From: Patescibacteria group bacterium | GTDB taxonomy: Bacteria; Patescibacteriota; Patescibacteriia; Patescibacteriales; UBA12465 | DNA length: 64,000 bases | Reading direction: 5' to 3' | NCBI GenBank assembly: GCA_050949505.1 | Contig: JBMNFV010000001.1 | Coordinates: 350,284 to 414,283 of the forward strand | In this document: positions 1 through 9,816 of the stretch, one piece after another | Position numbering within the stretch: position 1 is the stretch's first letter | Layout of the letters: the number at the start of each line of letters is the position of its first letter | The notes under the pieces: model-generated | The model's input: only the letters and a program-made list of their open reading frames with translations | Databases searched by the model: none | Told to the model about the DNA's origin: nothing | Made by a program: the position numbers and the translations under genes

Positions 1-333
1 GTTTTGTTGAAATTAGAGAGGTACAAGGAGGCTAATGGTAGTTATCCGTGGTGTTCTTTTGAGACGCTGGAAGCTTGGGATTGTTTGGCCGGGAAGATTC
101 CGGCTCTACCTAATGACCCCGCCCCAGCTAAGGTAGGGGGTGGCTATAATTATGAAGTGACCGCTGGGCCTAAAGATTATGATTCAATGAATATCTATTT
201 ACATTATCAATTAGAGAATAAGAATAATTCGGAGGCGATTGGCGACTATTGGGGTTGGTCTCAGGGACCCCCAGCTTATTATATGTATAGAATAATTCTT
301 CGGACTAGTGGCCCAGCGGTGCTAGTTAATTAG
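1..333 (+). CDS. type IV pilin / pseudopilin-like protein, C-terminal fragment (5' end outside window)
   Basis: Frame open from base 1 to TAG 331-333. The LERYKEANGSYP segment resembles the xxYxxxNGxYP opening of pilin-like globular domains. The N-terminal helix is not visible because the gene is truncated. Confidence 0.4.
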   Translation, partial: VLLKLERYKEANGSYPWCSFETLEAWDCLAGKIPALPNDPAPAKVGGGYNYEVTAGPKDYDSMNIYLHYQLENKNNSEAIGDYWGWSQGPPAYYMYRIILRTSGPAVLVN

Positions 334-364
334 CCTATCTTGATTGAATCTGATGACTCTTTAG

Positions 365-385
365 AGCCTATTTCTAGGCTTTTTT
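365..385 (+). terminator. intrinsic terminator
   Basis: Stem AGCCTA (365-370) / TAGGCT (375-380), 4-nt loop, then TTTTT (381-385). Confidence 0.6.
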
Positions 386-387
386 AA

Positions 388-415
388 TTGACAAATGACC
401 CTAACAGGCTATAAT
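388..415 (+). promoter_or_regulatory. sigma70-type promoter
   Basis: TTGACA (388-393), 16-nt spacer, TATAAT (410-415), about 35 nt upstream of ATG 452. Confidence 0.6.
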
Positions 416-451
416 AAAAGCAGTTAAGCTATTAATAGATTCAATAAATGT

Positions 452-745
452 ATGATAAAATTAAGAACTTTTGAGGCTTTGCCTGAAGAAAAAAGGAGGC
501 GACCCAAGCCAAAAGATGAATCGGATACTCAATTAAGCCTGATTGATGAATGGGCGGCGATTGAAGCAGAACAAAAGCGGCTAGCTGTCAATGAAGATGC
601 GGTTAAAGAATCTTCAGAAGCTCTTAAGGAATCAGCACCAGTTAGCAAGGAAAAAAATAAATTAAAAGTTGAAGACGATGAGGACGAAGAAGATCCAGAT
701 GACCCGGGCTATGACCTTTATCGTCGCTTTGATCAGTTTAGATAA
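452..745 (+). CDS. hypothetical acidic protein (97 aa)
   Basis: ORF downstream of a near-consensus promoter and 19 nt upstream of ileS. Basic N-terminal patch (KRRRPKPK) and a D/E-rich tail (EDDEDEEDPDDPGYD). No family recognised. Confidence 0.5.
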   Translation: MIKLRTFEALPEEKRRRPKPKDESDTQLSLIDEWAAIEAEQKRLAVNEDAVKESSEALKESAPVSKEKNKLKVEDDEDEEDPDDPGYDLYRRFDQFR

Positions 746-764
746 ATTATGAACTAAGACTATT

Positions 765-3716
765 ATGTCAACTCAAGCAAATAAAGAAAAGACTATTAAG
801 AAGAATGCCTTTGTAGAAAGAGAAGAGGCTATTTTAGATTTTTGGGACCAGGCAGAAATCTTTCGTCAGTCAGTGGAAAAAAAGGCCCCTCAGGGTAATT
901 TTGTTTTCTACGAAGGCCCTCCCACTGCTAATGGGCGTCCCGGCATTCACCACGTGCTAGCCCGGGCCTTTAAGGACGTTATTCCTCGCTACAAAACGAT
1001 GTCAGGTTACCGAGTAGAGCGTAAGGCGGGCTGGGATACACATGGCTTACCAGTGGAGCTACAGGTAGAAAAAGAGTTGGATATTTCGGGCAAGGCAGAT
1101 ATTGAAAAATATGGAGTAGCAGAGTTTAACAGTCGCTGTCAGACCAGTGTCTGGACCTATTTAGAAGACTGGCGACAATTAACTAGACGGATTGCTTTTT
1201 GGCTAGATCTAGATAATCCTTATGTTACCTACGAGAATAATTACATGGAAAGTTTGTGGTGGATATTAAAGGAAATTAATGAACGCCAATTATTATACAA
1301 AGGTCATAAGGTTGTTCCGCATTGCCCTCGCTGTGGCACCGCTCTGTCTAGTCATGAGGTGGCGCAAGGCTATAAGCTGGTGACTGATAATACCTTGTAT
1401 TTAAAATTTAAAGTGAAGGCAGGCCAGGGAGCAATTTTAGCCGGAGACTATCTCTTAGCCTGGACGACCACTCCTTGGACCCTGCCAGGCAATGTCGCCT
1501 TAGCAGTGGGAGAGAAGCTAGACTATGTTCGGGTAAAAATTAATGATAAGCAGGTCATTTTAGCTAAAGAGCAAGTGTCTACCGTGCTAGCCGAGCAAAG
1601 CTATCAAGTGTTAGCCGAGCTAAAGGGGAGTGAGCTGGTGGGTCTTGGTTATGAACCCTTGTTTCAGGTAGCGAGTCTTAAAGAGGAGGCAGCTAACAAA
1701 GACTTAGCTATTTATCAGGTCTTTTCCGCTGACTTTGTTAGCACCACTGAAGGAACGGGGATAGTTCACCTTGCGCCGATGTACGGAGAAGATGACTACA
1801 GTTTAGGTCTCGCTCATAATTTGCCTAAAGTTCATACTGTAGATGAAGCGGGGAAGTTTAAGGCAAGCTTAGCAGACTATAAGCTAGCGGGACTATTTGT
1901 TAAAAGTGCGACTGCGGAACAATTAATTATTGACTATTTAAAAGAGCAGCAATTAATTTTCTCTGAGCTAGAGTATCGTCACGATTATCCGTTTTGTTGG
2001 CGCTGCGATACCCCGCTTTTGTATTATGCTAAAGATTCTTGGTTTATTGCGACAAGCAAACTAAAGGAGGAGCTCATTGCTAATAATCAGCAAATTAATT
2101 GGGTCCCTAGTCATATTAAAGAAGGTCGGTTTGGTGAGTGGTTAAACAATGTAAAAGATTGGGCTATTTCCCGAGAACGCTATTGGGGCACCCCCCTACC
2201 TATTTGGGAATGCGCTACTTGCCAGACCTTTAAGGTAATTGGTAGCCGAGAAGAATTAGCGGAGTTAAGTGGGGTTAAGATTAATTTACAATCAGACCTA
2301 CATAAGCCAGCGATAGATGAGCTAGAGATCACCTGTACGCAGTGCCAGGGCAAGATGAAGCGAGTGAAGGAAGTTTTTGATTGCTGGTTTGACTCTGGGG
2401 CGATGCCCTTGGCCCAACATCATTATCCCTTTGAGCAAGCCGAGTTAATAGACAAGGGGGAGCAGTTTCCCGCGGACTTTATTTGTGAAGCCATTGATCA
2501 AACCCGGGGCTGGTTCTACACCTTATTAGCGGTTTCTACCGCTCTAGGCAAAGGTCATCCTTATCGTAATGTTATTTGCTTAGGTCACATCAATGACAAG
2601 ACCGGGAAGAAGATGTCTAAGTCTAGAGGCAATGTAATCACTCCTGATGAGGTTATTAATCTTTACGGGGTTGATGCCATTAGACAGCACTTATATACCA
2701 TCAATCAACCGGGAGAGGGGAAGCGCTATGATTTAGATGATGTTAAGGATGTCTTTAGAAAGAACATCATGCTGCTAGAGAATGTCTATAAATTCTATGA
2801 ATTGGCCGTGTTAGAAGTTGATAGTTCATTAAAGCCTCAGAAAAGCCCAGCGGTTTTAGACCAGTGGATTTTAGCGAAGTTAGCGGAACTGATTACGGGG
2901 CTTAGCCAAGACCTAGACAATTACCATATTTATGAAGCGGCCAGACGCTTACCGGTATTTATTGACGAACTGTCCACTTGGTATGTTAGGCGTAGCCGAG
3001 ATCGTTTTAAGTCTGAGGATGAGCAAGATAGACAGTTTGCTCAAGCGACCCTACATTGGGTACTCTTAGAGCTAGCTAAGGTGATGGCTCCCTTTATGCC
3101 CTTTATGGCGGAGAATCTCTGGCAACGACTTAGCGGACATAATTTTAGTAATCCCAAGGAGTCAGTTCATCTAGTTGACTGGCCTCAGGCAGGCGCAGTT
3201 GATGAGGAAGTTTTAAGGGAGATGGCCATAGCGCGACAGGTAGTGGAGCTAGGTCTAGCTAAGCGCGATGAAGCGGGGATCAAGATTAGGCAAAAGTTAA
3301 GTCAAATAAAAGTTAATTTAAAGGCTCCACTTAAAGAAGCATACTTAGAACTAATCAAGGATGAACTTAATATAGAAACTGTGGTAGTAGAAATCAGTCA
3401 AGCTGAGACCATGACCGTTATACTGGATACGGAAATCACTCCTGCTTTGCGAGCGGAGGGTTGGCGCCGGGAGGTAGTGCGAGCGGTTAATCTCTTTAGG
3501 AAGGAAAGCGGCCTAACTAGAGAAGACCGGACAAAACTATATTTCCTCAATATTACTGCTGACCTAAAGACGATGCTTAGTGAAAAACAGGCAGAGATAA
3601 TGAAAGACACTCTAAGTGTCAGTTTAGAGTTCGCTCCTCCAGAAGCAGGGCAGGTCTTAGAGAAAGATATTAAAATTAATGAGGAGACCGCTAAATTATT
3701 AATCGTTAAGGAATAA
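765..3716 (+). CDS. ileS: isoleucine--tRNA ligase (type 2)
   Basis: PPTANGRPGIHHV (HIGH-type motif), KMSKSRGN (KMSKS), GWDTHGLPVE and VVPHCPRCGTALSSHEV are typical of class Ia IleRS of the eukaryote-like type 2. Confidence 0.95.
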   Translation: MSTQANKEKTIKKNAFVEREEAILDFWDQAEIFRQSVEKKAPQGNFVFYEGPPTANGRPGIHHVLARAFKDVIPRYKTMSGYRVERKAGWDTHGLPVELQVEKELDISGKADIEKYGVAEFNSRCQTSVWTYLEDWRQLTRRIAFWLDLDNPYVTYENNYMESLWWILKEINERQLLYKGHKVVPHCPRCGTALSSHEVAQGYKLVTDNTLYLKFKVKAGQGAILAGDYLLAWTTTPWTLPGNVALAVGEKLDYVRVKINDKQVILAKEQVSTVLAEQSYQVLAELKGSELVGLGYEPLFQVASLKEEAANKDLAIYQVFSADFVSTTEGTGIVHLAPMYGEDDYSLGLAHNLPKVHTVDEAGKFKASLADYKLAGLFVKSATAEQLIIDYLKEQQLIFSELEYRHDYPFCWRCDTPLLYYAKDSWFIATSKLKEELIANNQQINWVPSHIKEGRFGEWLNNVKDWAISRERYWGTPLPIWECATCQTFKVIGSREELAELSGVKINLQSDLHKPAIDELEITCTQCQGKMKRVKEVFDCWFDSGAMPLAQHHYPFEQAELIDKGEQFPADFICEAIDQTRGWFYTLLAVSTALGKGHPYRNVICLGHINDKTGKKMSKSRGNVITPDEVINLYGVDAIRQHLYTINQPGEGKRYDLDDVKDVFRKNIMLLENVYKFYELAVLEVDSSLKPQKSPAVLDQWILAKLAELITGLSQDLDNYHIYEAARRLPVFIDELSTWYVRRSRDRFKSEDEQDRQFAQATLHWVLLELAKVMAPFMPFMAENLWQRLSGHNFSNPKESVHLVDWPQAGAVDEEVLREMAIARQVVELGLAKRDEAGIKIRQKLSQIKVNLKAPLKEAYLELIKDELNIETVVVEISQAETMTVILDTEITPALRAEGWRREVVRAVNLFRKESGLTREDRTKLYFLNITADLKTMLSEKQAEIMKDTLSVSLEFAPPEAGQVLEKDIKINEETAKLLIVKE

Positions 3717-3722
3717 GGAATT

Positions 3723-4301
3723 ATGTTAGCCTATTTACAAGGAAAGATTATTAACAAAAATAATAATTATGTGGTAGTGGAGAATCAAGGACTAGGCTAT
3801 CTCGTCTTTGTGAGTGAGTCTTTATATAATGAATTAATTTTAGGAGAGGAAAAAGAATTCTATCTTCACCATCAAGTTAGGGAAGACCAAAGTGACCTAT
3901 ATGGCTTTAAAACCTTAGCCGACTTAGAGCTCTTTAGCCTGCTAATTACTGTCTCTAATGTTGGCCCAAAGACTGCCTTGGGCGTGCTTTCCATTGCTAG
4001 CACCAGTGATATTAAGGAAGCCATTATTCGCGGAGATGCTGACCTGCTAACTAAGGTTTCGGGAATAGGGAAGAAGACGGCTGAGCGATTAGTGCTGGAA
4101 TTAAAGAGCAAGCTTTTAAGACTGGGAGCAACGTTAAGTGATGAGAGTGGTCAATTAGCTAGCAGTGATGAAATTGATGCTTTAATGACCCTAGGCTACA
4201 ATTTAAATGAGGCCCGGACAGCCCTTCAGGCGGTAGACCCGAAAATTAGTGATAGCGGAGAGCGAGTTAAGCAGGCTTTAAAGAAATTAGTTAAGCAATA
4301 A
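3723..4301 (+). CDS. ruvA: Holliday junction branch-migration complex subunit RuvA
   Basis: N-terminal MLAYLQGKI...VVVENQGLGY OB-like domain, helix-hairpin-helix region (VSGIGKKTAERLVLELK), C-terminal domain III; 192 aa. Confidence 0.9.
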   Translation: MLAYLQGKIINKNNNYVVVENQGLGYLVFVSESLYNELILGEEKEFYLHHQVREDQSDLYGFKTLADLELFSLLITVSNVGPKTALGVLSIASTSDIKEAIIRGDADLLTKVSGIGKKTAERLVLELKSKLLRLGATLSDESGQLASSDEIDALMTLGYNLNEARTALQAVDPKISDSGERVKQALKKLVKQ

Positions 4302-4305
4302 ATTT

Positions 4306-5547
4306 ATGCGACAATCAAAACTATTTACCCGAACGACCAAAGAATTACCTAAGGATGAGCCTAGCTTTAATGCTCAGGCCCTAATTAGAGCAGGCTTTGT
4401 TGATAAGTTGGCCGCTGGAGTCTATTCCTTCTTGCCTCTTGGTTGGCGAGTGATTAATAAAATAAAACAAATAGTGGTTGAAGAAATGGAGGCAATTGGT
4501 GGCCAGGAATTAAGTCTTCCCGCCCTAGCCCCTAAGGATAATTGGCTAGCTACGGAGCGCTGGGATACTTTAGACGTTCTTTTTAAGATTCAAGCCAGTG
4601 ATAATAAAGAGTATGTTCTTAATCCCACTCACGAGGAGGTAGTTACCCCCCTAATTAAAAAGTTTGCCCTGTCATACAAGGAGCTGCCTTTGGCGGTTTT
4701 TCAAATTCAAACTAAGTTTCGCAATGAGAAGCGAGCTAAGTCCGGTCTTTTGCGAGGTCGAGAATTTCTAATGAAGGACCTATATTCTTTTCACACTAAT
4801 CAAGCTGACCTAGATAAGTATTATGAGCAGGCAATTAAAGCCTATTTAAATATTTACCAAAGACTAGGTCTAGGGGAAGAGACCTATCTCACCTTTGCCT
4901 CCGGAGGTAGTTTTTCTAAGTATTCGCATGAATTTCAAACTCTCACTGAGGCAGGGGAGGACACTATTTATCTTTGTGATGATTGTCGCTTAGCCGTTAA
5001 TGAAGAAATTATTGCCGAACAGTCGTCTTGCCCAAGTTGTGGACGAACTGACCTGCGCTCTGCTAAGGCGGCTGAGGTGGGTAATATTTTTAAACTAGGA
5101 ACCCGCTATTCTCAAGCTTTTGATTTTCAATATCAACAGGCGGACGGACAGAAAAAATTGGTAGAGATGGGTTGCTACGGGTTAGGGATTAGTCGGCTGC
5201 TGGGGACAATAGTGGAGGTTAGTCATGACGATCGAGGGATAATTTGGCCAGAGAGCATTGCCCCGTTTAAGGTGCATCTCTTGTCTCTTCAGGCTGACCA
5301 GGAGGCAGAAAAAATCTATCAACAGTTAAAAGATCGGGGCCTAGAGGTATTATATGATGATAGGGCTTTACAGGCGGGAGCTAAGTTTGCTGATGCTGAC
5401 CTAATTGGTTGCCCCTACCGAGTGGTTTTGAGTCCTAAGACCCTAGAAGCGGGGAAGCTGGAGCTCAAGAAAAGAAATGAGGAGACGGAGCGGCTAGTAA
5501 CCTTTGAGGAATTAATTAAAATATTAAGCGAAGCAGAGCTATGTTAA
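4306..5547 (+). CDS. proS: proline--tRNA ligase, short form without INS editing domain
   Basis: MRQSKLFxRTxKE N-terminus, class II motif 2 (FRNEKRAKSGLLRGREFLMKD) and a C-terminal anticodon-binding domain (IAPFKVHLL...). Only 413 aa, with CDDC...CPSC in the position of the insertion domain. Confidence 0.85.
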   Translation: MRQSKLFTRTTKELPKDEPSFNAQALIRAGFVDKLAAGVYSFLPLGWRVINKIKQIVVEEMEAIGGQELSLPALAPKDNWLATERWDTLDVLFKIQASDNKEYVLNPTHEEVVTPLIKKFALSYKELPLAVFQIQTKFRNEKRAKSGLLRGREFLMKDLYSFHTNQADLDKYYEQAIKAYLNIYQRLGLGEETYLTFASGGSFSKYSHEFQTLTEAGEDTIYLCDDCRLAVNEEIIAEQSSCPSCGRTDLRSAKAAEVGNIFKLGTRYSQAFDFQYQQADGQKKLVEMGCYGLGISRLLGTIVEVSHDDRGIIWPESIAPFKVHLLSLQADQEAEKIYQQLKDRGLEVLYDDRALQAGAKFADADLIGCPYRVVLSPKTLEAGKLELKKRNEETERLVTFEELIKILSEAELC

Positions 5548-6581
5548 AAAAATTCGTTGGTAAATTTAGTCATGATTTGGGAATAGACTTAGGAACTCGG
5601 AATACCCTAGTCTATATCACTGAAAAAGGGGTGGTGATTAATGAGCCGAGCGTGGTGGCAGTTAATAAACGCACTAATGAAATTTTAGAAGTAGGGGAGT
5701 CGGCTAAAAAGATGATAGGCAAAACTCCGGGGCACATTGAAGCGGTTAGACCACTCATTGATGGAGTAATAGCTGACTTTGAGATTACTGAGAAAATGTT
5801 GAAATATTTTATTGCTAAAGTCCATCGGGAAAACTTTGCCCTAATTACCCGTCCTCGGGTAGTGGTGGCGATTCCGCTGGACCTAACTGAAGTGGAAAAG
5901 AAGGCGGTGGAGGATGCCGCTAAGTCAGCGGGGGCTCGTAAGGTTTATCTAATTGAAGAAGCGATGGCGGCGGCCATTGGGGCGCGCCTGCCAGTCACTG
6001 AAGCCACGGCCACCATGATAGTGGATATTGGTGGAGGCACCAGTGAGATCGGGGTGATCTCCTTAGGAGGAGTGGTCACTTGGCGCTCTTTGAAATATGC
6101 GGGCAATGAATTTGATAATAATATTATTGAGTATATTAGAGAGGAATTTAATATTCTAATCGGCGAACAATTAGCGGAGAGTATTAAGATTAATATTGGC
6201 TCAGCTATCCCCCTAGAAGAGCCTCGGGAGATAGAGGTTAGGGGACGGGATTTAGTCACCGGACTACCTAAGGCGGTAATGATCAATGACAAGCAAGTCA
6301 GAGAGGCGATTAGCCGAACAATTACGAAGATCACGGATACCATTAAAACTATTTTAGAAACCACTCCTCCAGAGCTAGTCTCGGATATTTATGAGCGAGG
6401 ACTGTATTTATCAGGGGGCGGGGCCTTGTTGCCGGGTCTAGACCAAGCTATTTCTTTAGCCTCTAAGGTGCCAGTCAAGATTGTTGATGACCCCTTGACC
6501 TGCGTTGCTAGAGGGACCGGCCTTCTGCTTAGCAATGAAGAGTTGTTAAATAAAGTGGTTCTGGTTAATGACTTGGATTAA
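5541..6581 (+). CDS. mreB: rod shape-determining actin homologue MreB
   Basis: GIDLGTRNT, DIGGGTSE and LSGGGALL actin-fold phosphate/adenosine motifs; followed by mreC and mreD; overlaps the proS stop by 7 nt. Confidence 0.92.
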   Translation: MLKKFVGKFSHDLGIDLGTRNTLVYITEKGVVINEPSVVAVNKRTNEILEVGESAKKMIGKTPGHIEAVRPLIDGVIADFEITEKMLKYFIAKVHRENFALITRPRVVVAIPLDLTEVEKKAVEDAAKSAGARKVYLIEEAMAAAIGARLPVTEATATMIVDIGGGTSEIGVISLGGVVTWRSLKYAGNEFDNNIIEYIREEFNILIGEQLAESIKINIGSAIPLEEPREIEVRGRDLVTGLPKAVMINDKQVREAISRTITKITDTIKTILETTPPELVSDIYERGLYLSGGGALLPGLDQAISLASKVPVKIVDDPLTCVARGTGLLLSNEELLNKVVLVNDLD

Positions 6582-6589
6582 TTAAGTTT

Positions 6590-7402
6590 ATGAAGTTTTT
6601 TCGGCGCAAAAATCCAATTTTTGTTTCCTTGCTAATTATAATTAGCCTAATTACTTTACACTACCTTAAACTTACCCAACCACTGGAAAGATTATTAGTT
6701 AGCGCGACTAAGCCCTTAACTAGGAAAATGTATGAGCTGGGGATAAGAATAAATCAAGCGGCTAAAGACCCGGACTCACCGGAACAACTAGAGGCTCGCC
6801 TGGATCAACTTAATCAAGAAATAGCGGAGCTAATAGTAGCTAACGCAGGGTATCAGGAGTTAGCGGCAGAGAACAAGAAGTTGCGGGAGCAATTAAATTT
6901 TTTAGAAACTAATGACTATCAGTATGTACTAGCTTCAGTTTTAGCCCGCGAGTCAGCCATTGAGGGAGCAATTGAGGGTCAAGACTTAATCATTGATAAG
7001 GGACGAGCTAATGGCCTAGAGCCTGGTCAGGGAGTAGTTTATGGCCCGGGACTAATAGTTGGTCAGGTGGTGGAAGTCAAGGAGAATACGGCTAAGGTAT
7101 GCCTCACTACTAGTGTCGGCTGTCGCTTAGCGGCCGCTATTTTAAATCAAGACAAGACTCAAGGAGTTACGGATGGTGATTTAGGCCTAACGGTGAAGAT
7201 GGAATATATTCCTCAGCTAGAAAAGATAGCAGTTGGTGATAGTATTATCACTTCTGGGCTAGGAGAGAAGATTCCTCGGGGCTTAGTCATTGGTCGGGTC
7301 GCCGAGGTTAGAAGTGAGAGCAATAATGTTTGGCAAGAAGCGACCATAGAACCACTAGTTAATCTAAATGAAATTACGGTTCTTAGTGTGTTAATTTTTT
7401 AA
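6590..7402 (+). CDS. mreC: rod shape-determining protein MreC
   Basis: Position after mreB; N-terminal TM helix, coiled coil (LDQLNQEIAEL...KKLREQLNFLE), beta-rich C-terminal domain (GLIVGQVVEV..., GLVIGRVAEV). Confidence 0.8.
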   Translation: MKFFRRKNPIFVSLLIIISLITLHYLKLTQPLERLLVSATKPLTRKMYELGIRINQAAKDPDSPEQLEARLDQLNQEIAELIVANAGYQELAAENKKLREQLNFLETNDYQYVLASVLARESAIEGAIEGQDLIIDKGRANGLEPGQGVVYGPGLIVGQVVEVKENTAKVCLTTSVGCRLAAAILNQDKTQGVTDGDLGLTVKMEYIPQLEKIAVGDSIITSGLGEKIPRGLVIGRVAEVRSESNNVWQEATIEPLVNLNEITVLSVLIF

Positions 7403-7408
7403 TTAATC

Positions 7409-7951
7409 ATGAAGCTAACTTGGCAACAACTAACTGGCTTAATCGGCTCACTAATATTTTTATCGTTATTACAAAGTGCTTTTATTAGCAGTCTGAGCTA
7501 TCCTGTTAATCAGTTTAATCTAATCTTGGCTAGTTTAATTTTTATTGTTTTTTTCTTTGATTTTCGTCTCGCCCTACTGGCCTCGCTAGTGGCTGGCTTT
7601 TTCTTAGGGGCCTTATCCTTTAATTTTTTTGGCCTACAGTTAATTGCTTTTTTCTTAGCAGTTTGCCTAGCTAAATGGGTATTAACTAACTGGCTTACTA
7701 ACCGCTCTATCTATTCCTTACTTGCTCTAGGTCTAATGATGACCTTATTTTATGGTCTATTTACCAATTTTGTCCTATACTTAAGTGTAGTTAGTCTGCC
7801 TAAGTTATTTTTAGGGCAAGCGAGTTTTTGGGCCGCCTTAGCTTATCAGGGATTGGCTAATAGTTTATTCCTGCTGTTAACCTTTCAGTTGATGATTATT
7901 ATTTCTCGGCGCTTTAATCCCTTTTTCTTAGATAAGTCATTAATAAATTAA
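7409..7951 (+). CDS. mreD: polytopic membrane protein, probable MreD
   Basis: Immediately follows mreC; 180 aa, about five hydrophobic segments. The call rests mainly on operon position. Confidence 0.55.
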   Translation: MKLTWQQLTGLIGSLIFLSLLQSAFISSLSYPVNQFNLILASLIFIVFFFDFRLALLASLVAGFFLGALSFNFFGLQLIAFFLAVCLAKWVLTNWLTNRSIYSLLALGLMMTLFYGLFTNFVLYLSVVSLPKLFLGQASFWAALAYQGLANSLFLLLTFQLMIIISRRFNPFFLDKSLIN

Positions 7952-7962
7952 AGTTTATTGCT

Positions 7963-8964
7963 ATGAAGTATGATTTCATTACCGTTGGGGGCGCCACTAG
8001 AGACATCTCCTTCTTTACCGACCAGGGAGTCTTGGTGGATAATAAAAAGGATATTCTTCGTCAAGAACTGCTAGCCTTTGAATATGGGGCGAAGATCAAG
8101 GTAGACAAATTTCATTATTATTATGGTGGCGGGGCGGCTAATTCTGCCGTTTGTTTAAGTCGCTGGGGTCTTAAGGTCGCTAGCTTGTTGGCGGTTGGTG
8201 ATGATGAAGCCGGTCAGTTAATTAAACAAAATCTCAAAGATCAGGGAGTAGAGACTAAGTTAATTAAAACTATATCAGCTGAGAGCAGTGCGGCTTCCTT
8301 TATCTTAATTGCTCCTGGTGGTGAACGAATAATTTTTGGGGCCCGAGGAGCAAATAATAAGCTGAAGATAGAGAGCAGCGATTATCGGGCGCTAAGAAAT
8401 AGTCACAATATTTATCTAGCTTCACTATCAGGGGCTTGGCAAAGAAATCTCCGCCAACTATTTGCCGCCCTAGACCTAGATAAGACTAAGGTTTTTTGGA
8501 ATCCCGGCGGAACGCAAATTAGAGGCGGTCTCAGTCGCTTAGCCCCCTATCTAAAAAAGACCACGGTCTTGGCCTTAAACAAAGATGAGGCGATAGAGTT
8601 AGTCTTGTCCTCTCCAGAGCATCACCAGCTGACTCATCAGCAGCTTAACCGAGTTGATCGGCTCCTTAAAATTATTCATCGCTTTGGTCCGCAGCTAGTG
8701 ATGATTACCTTAGGAGAGCAGGGGGTGACAGTGTTTGATGGGCAAACTATTTACCGACGAGGCCCCGTGAAGGATAGCCGACGGATTGATACCACAGGAA
8801 TCGGGGATATTTTTAACTCCACCTTTTCAGCCAGCTATAGTCAGACGGGTAATATAGACAAGTCTTTAGACCTGGCAATGAAAAATGCGGCCGCTAAGGT
8901 TAGACGCTTAGGCGCGCAAAAAGGCTTGCTCAAAGGAAATTTAAAAAATAGAAAAAAAGTATGA
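7963..8964 (+). CDS. PfkB-family carbohydrate kinase
   Basis: ITVGGATRD N-terminus, GGGAANSA di-Gly motif and DTTGIGD (PfkB signature 2-like) near the C-terminus. Confidence 0.8.
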   Translation: MKYDFITVGGATRDISFFTDQGVLVDNKKDILRQELLAFEYGAKIKVDKFHYYYGGGAANSAVCLSRWGLKVASLLAVGDDEAGQLIKQNLKDQGVETKLIKTISAESSAASFILIAPGGERIIFGARGANNKLKIESSDYRALRNSHNIYLASLSGAWQRNLRQLFAALDLDKTKVFWNPGGTQIRGGLSRLAPYLKKTTVLALNKDEAIELVLSSPEHHQLTHQQLNRVDRLLKIIHRFGPQLVMITLGEQGVTVFDGQTIYRRGPVKDSRRIDTTGIGDIFNSTFSASYSQTGNIDKSLDLAMKNAAAKVRRLGAQKGLLKGNLKNRKKV

Positions 8965-9413
8965 TTGCGGGAGTAGTGATTAAAAAATTAAAAAAACATT
9001 CAGACGAGCGAGGCTATTTAATGGAAATATTTCGTCATGATGAGCTAGACCTAGCTGTCGCCATGGCTTATCTAAGTCTAACTTTGCCGGGAGTGAAGCG
9101 AGGACCTCATGAGCATGTTTATCAAAGTGACTATTTTATCTTTCCTGGTCCGGGTGAGTTTAAATTAGTATTGTGGGATAGGCGACCAGAATCTAAGACT
9201 AAAGGAGTGAAGCAAGAACTACTAGTGGGGGAAACTAATCCCTGCACGGTGTTGGTTCCTCCCGGAGTGGTGCATGGCTATCAATGCGTTTCGGCAGTTC
9301 CGGCCCTATCAATTAATTTTCCCGATAAGCTATATCGGGGCTTAAATAAGGGAGAGGAAATAGATGAAATTAGGTGGGAGGAGAGAGCCGATAGTCCTTA
9401 TCAATTAGACTAA
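8961..9413 (+). CDS. RmlC-like cupin (sugar-nucleotide 3,5-epimerase family), short form
   Basis: HSDERGYLMEIFR and VPPGVVHGYQ resemble dTDP-4-dehydrorhamnose 3,5-epimerase-type cupins; 4-nt overlap with the upstream kinase gene; only 150 aa. Confidence 0.55.
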   Translation: MIAGVVIKKLKKHSDERGYLMEIFRHDELDLAVAMAYLSLTLPGVKRGPHEHVYQSDYFIFPGPGEFKLVLWDRRPESKTKGVKQELLVGETNPCTVLVPPGVVHGYQCVSAVPALSINFPDKLYRGLNKGEEIDEIRWEERADSPYQLD

Positions 9414-9418
9414 CAACG

Positions 9419-9814
9419 ATGTGTATTTTTTGTAAAATAGTTAAACAAGAATTACCAGCCTTTAAAGTTTATGAAGATGACTTAACGCTGGCCTTTTTAG
9501 ATATCAAGCCAGTGACGGCTGGACATCTGCTCGTTATCCCTAAGGAGCACTATTCTAACCTAGAGGCAATTCCGGCAGAAGTCCTAACCGCGGTAATTAG
9601 TACGGTTAAGAAAATGGGAGCGAAGTTAAAGGCTAATTTGGGGGTAGCGGCCTATAATGTGATTGAAAATAATGACCCGGTAGCGGGTCAAATAATTCCG
9701 CATTTACATTTTCACCTAATTCCTCGTCAAAAGGAAGATGGCCTTTATTCTTGGCCAGGGCGGGAATATCAACCGGGTGAGGCAGCGGAGATTTTAAATA
9801 AATTAACTAGTTAG
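9419..9814 (+). CDS. HIT (histidine triad) family protein
   Basis: MCIFCKI... N-terminus and HLHFHLIP histidine-triad motif; 131 aa, Hint-like size. Confidence 0.85.
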   Translation: MCIFCKIVKQELPAFKVYEDDLTLAFLDIKPVTAGHLLVIPKEHYSNLEAIPAEVLTAVISTVKKMGAKLKANLGVAAYNVIENNDPVAGQIIPHLHFHLIPRQKEDGLYSWPGREYQPGEAAEILNKLTS

Positions 9815-9816
9815 TT

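Noticed and set aside
5945-6364. Antisense ORFs occurring at the equivalent position of both mreB paralogues (5945-6364 and 11725-12024). This could suggest a conserved overlapping gene.
   Set aside because: Both reflect the same codon pattern of the conserved actin-fold region read backwards. Their similarity is a by-product of sense-strand paralogy, and there are no independent start or regulatory signals.
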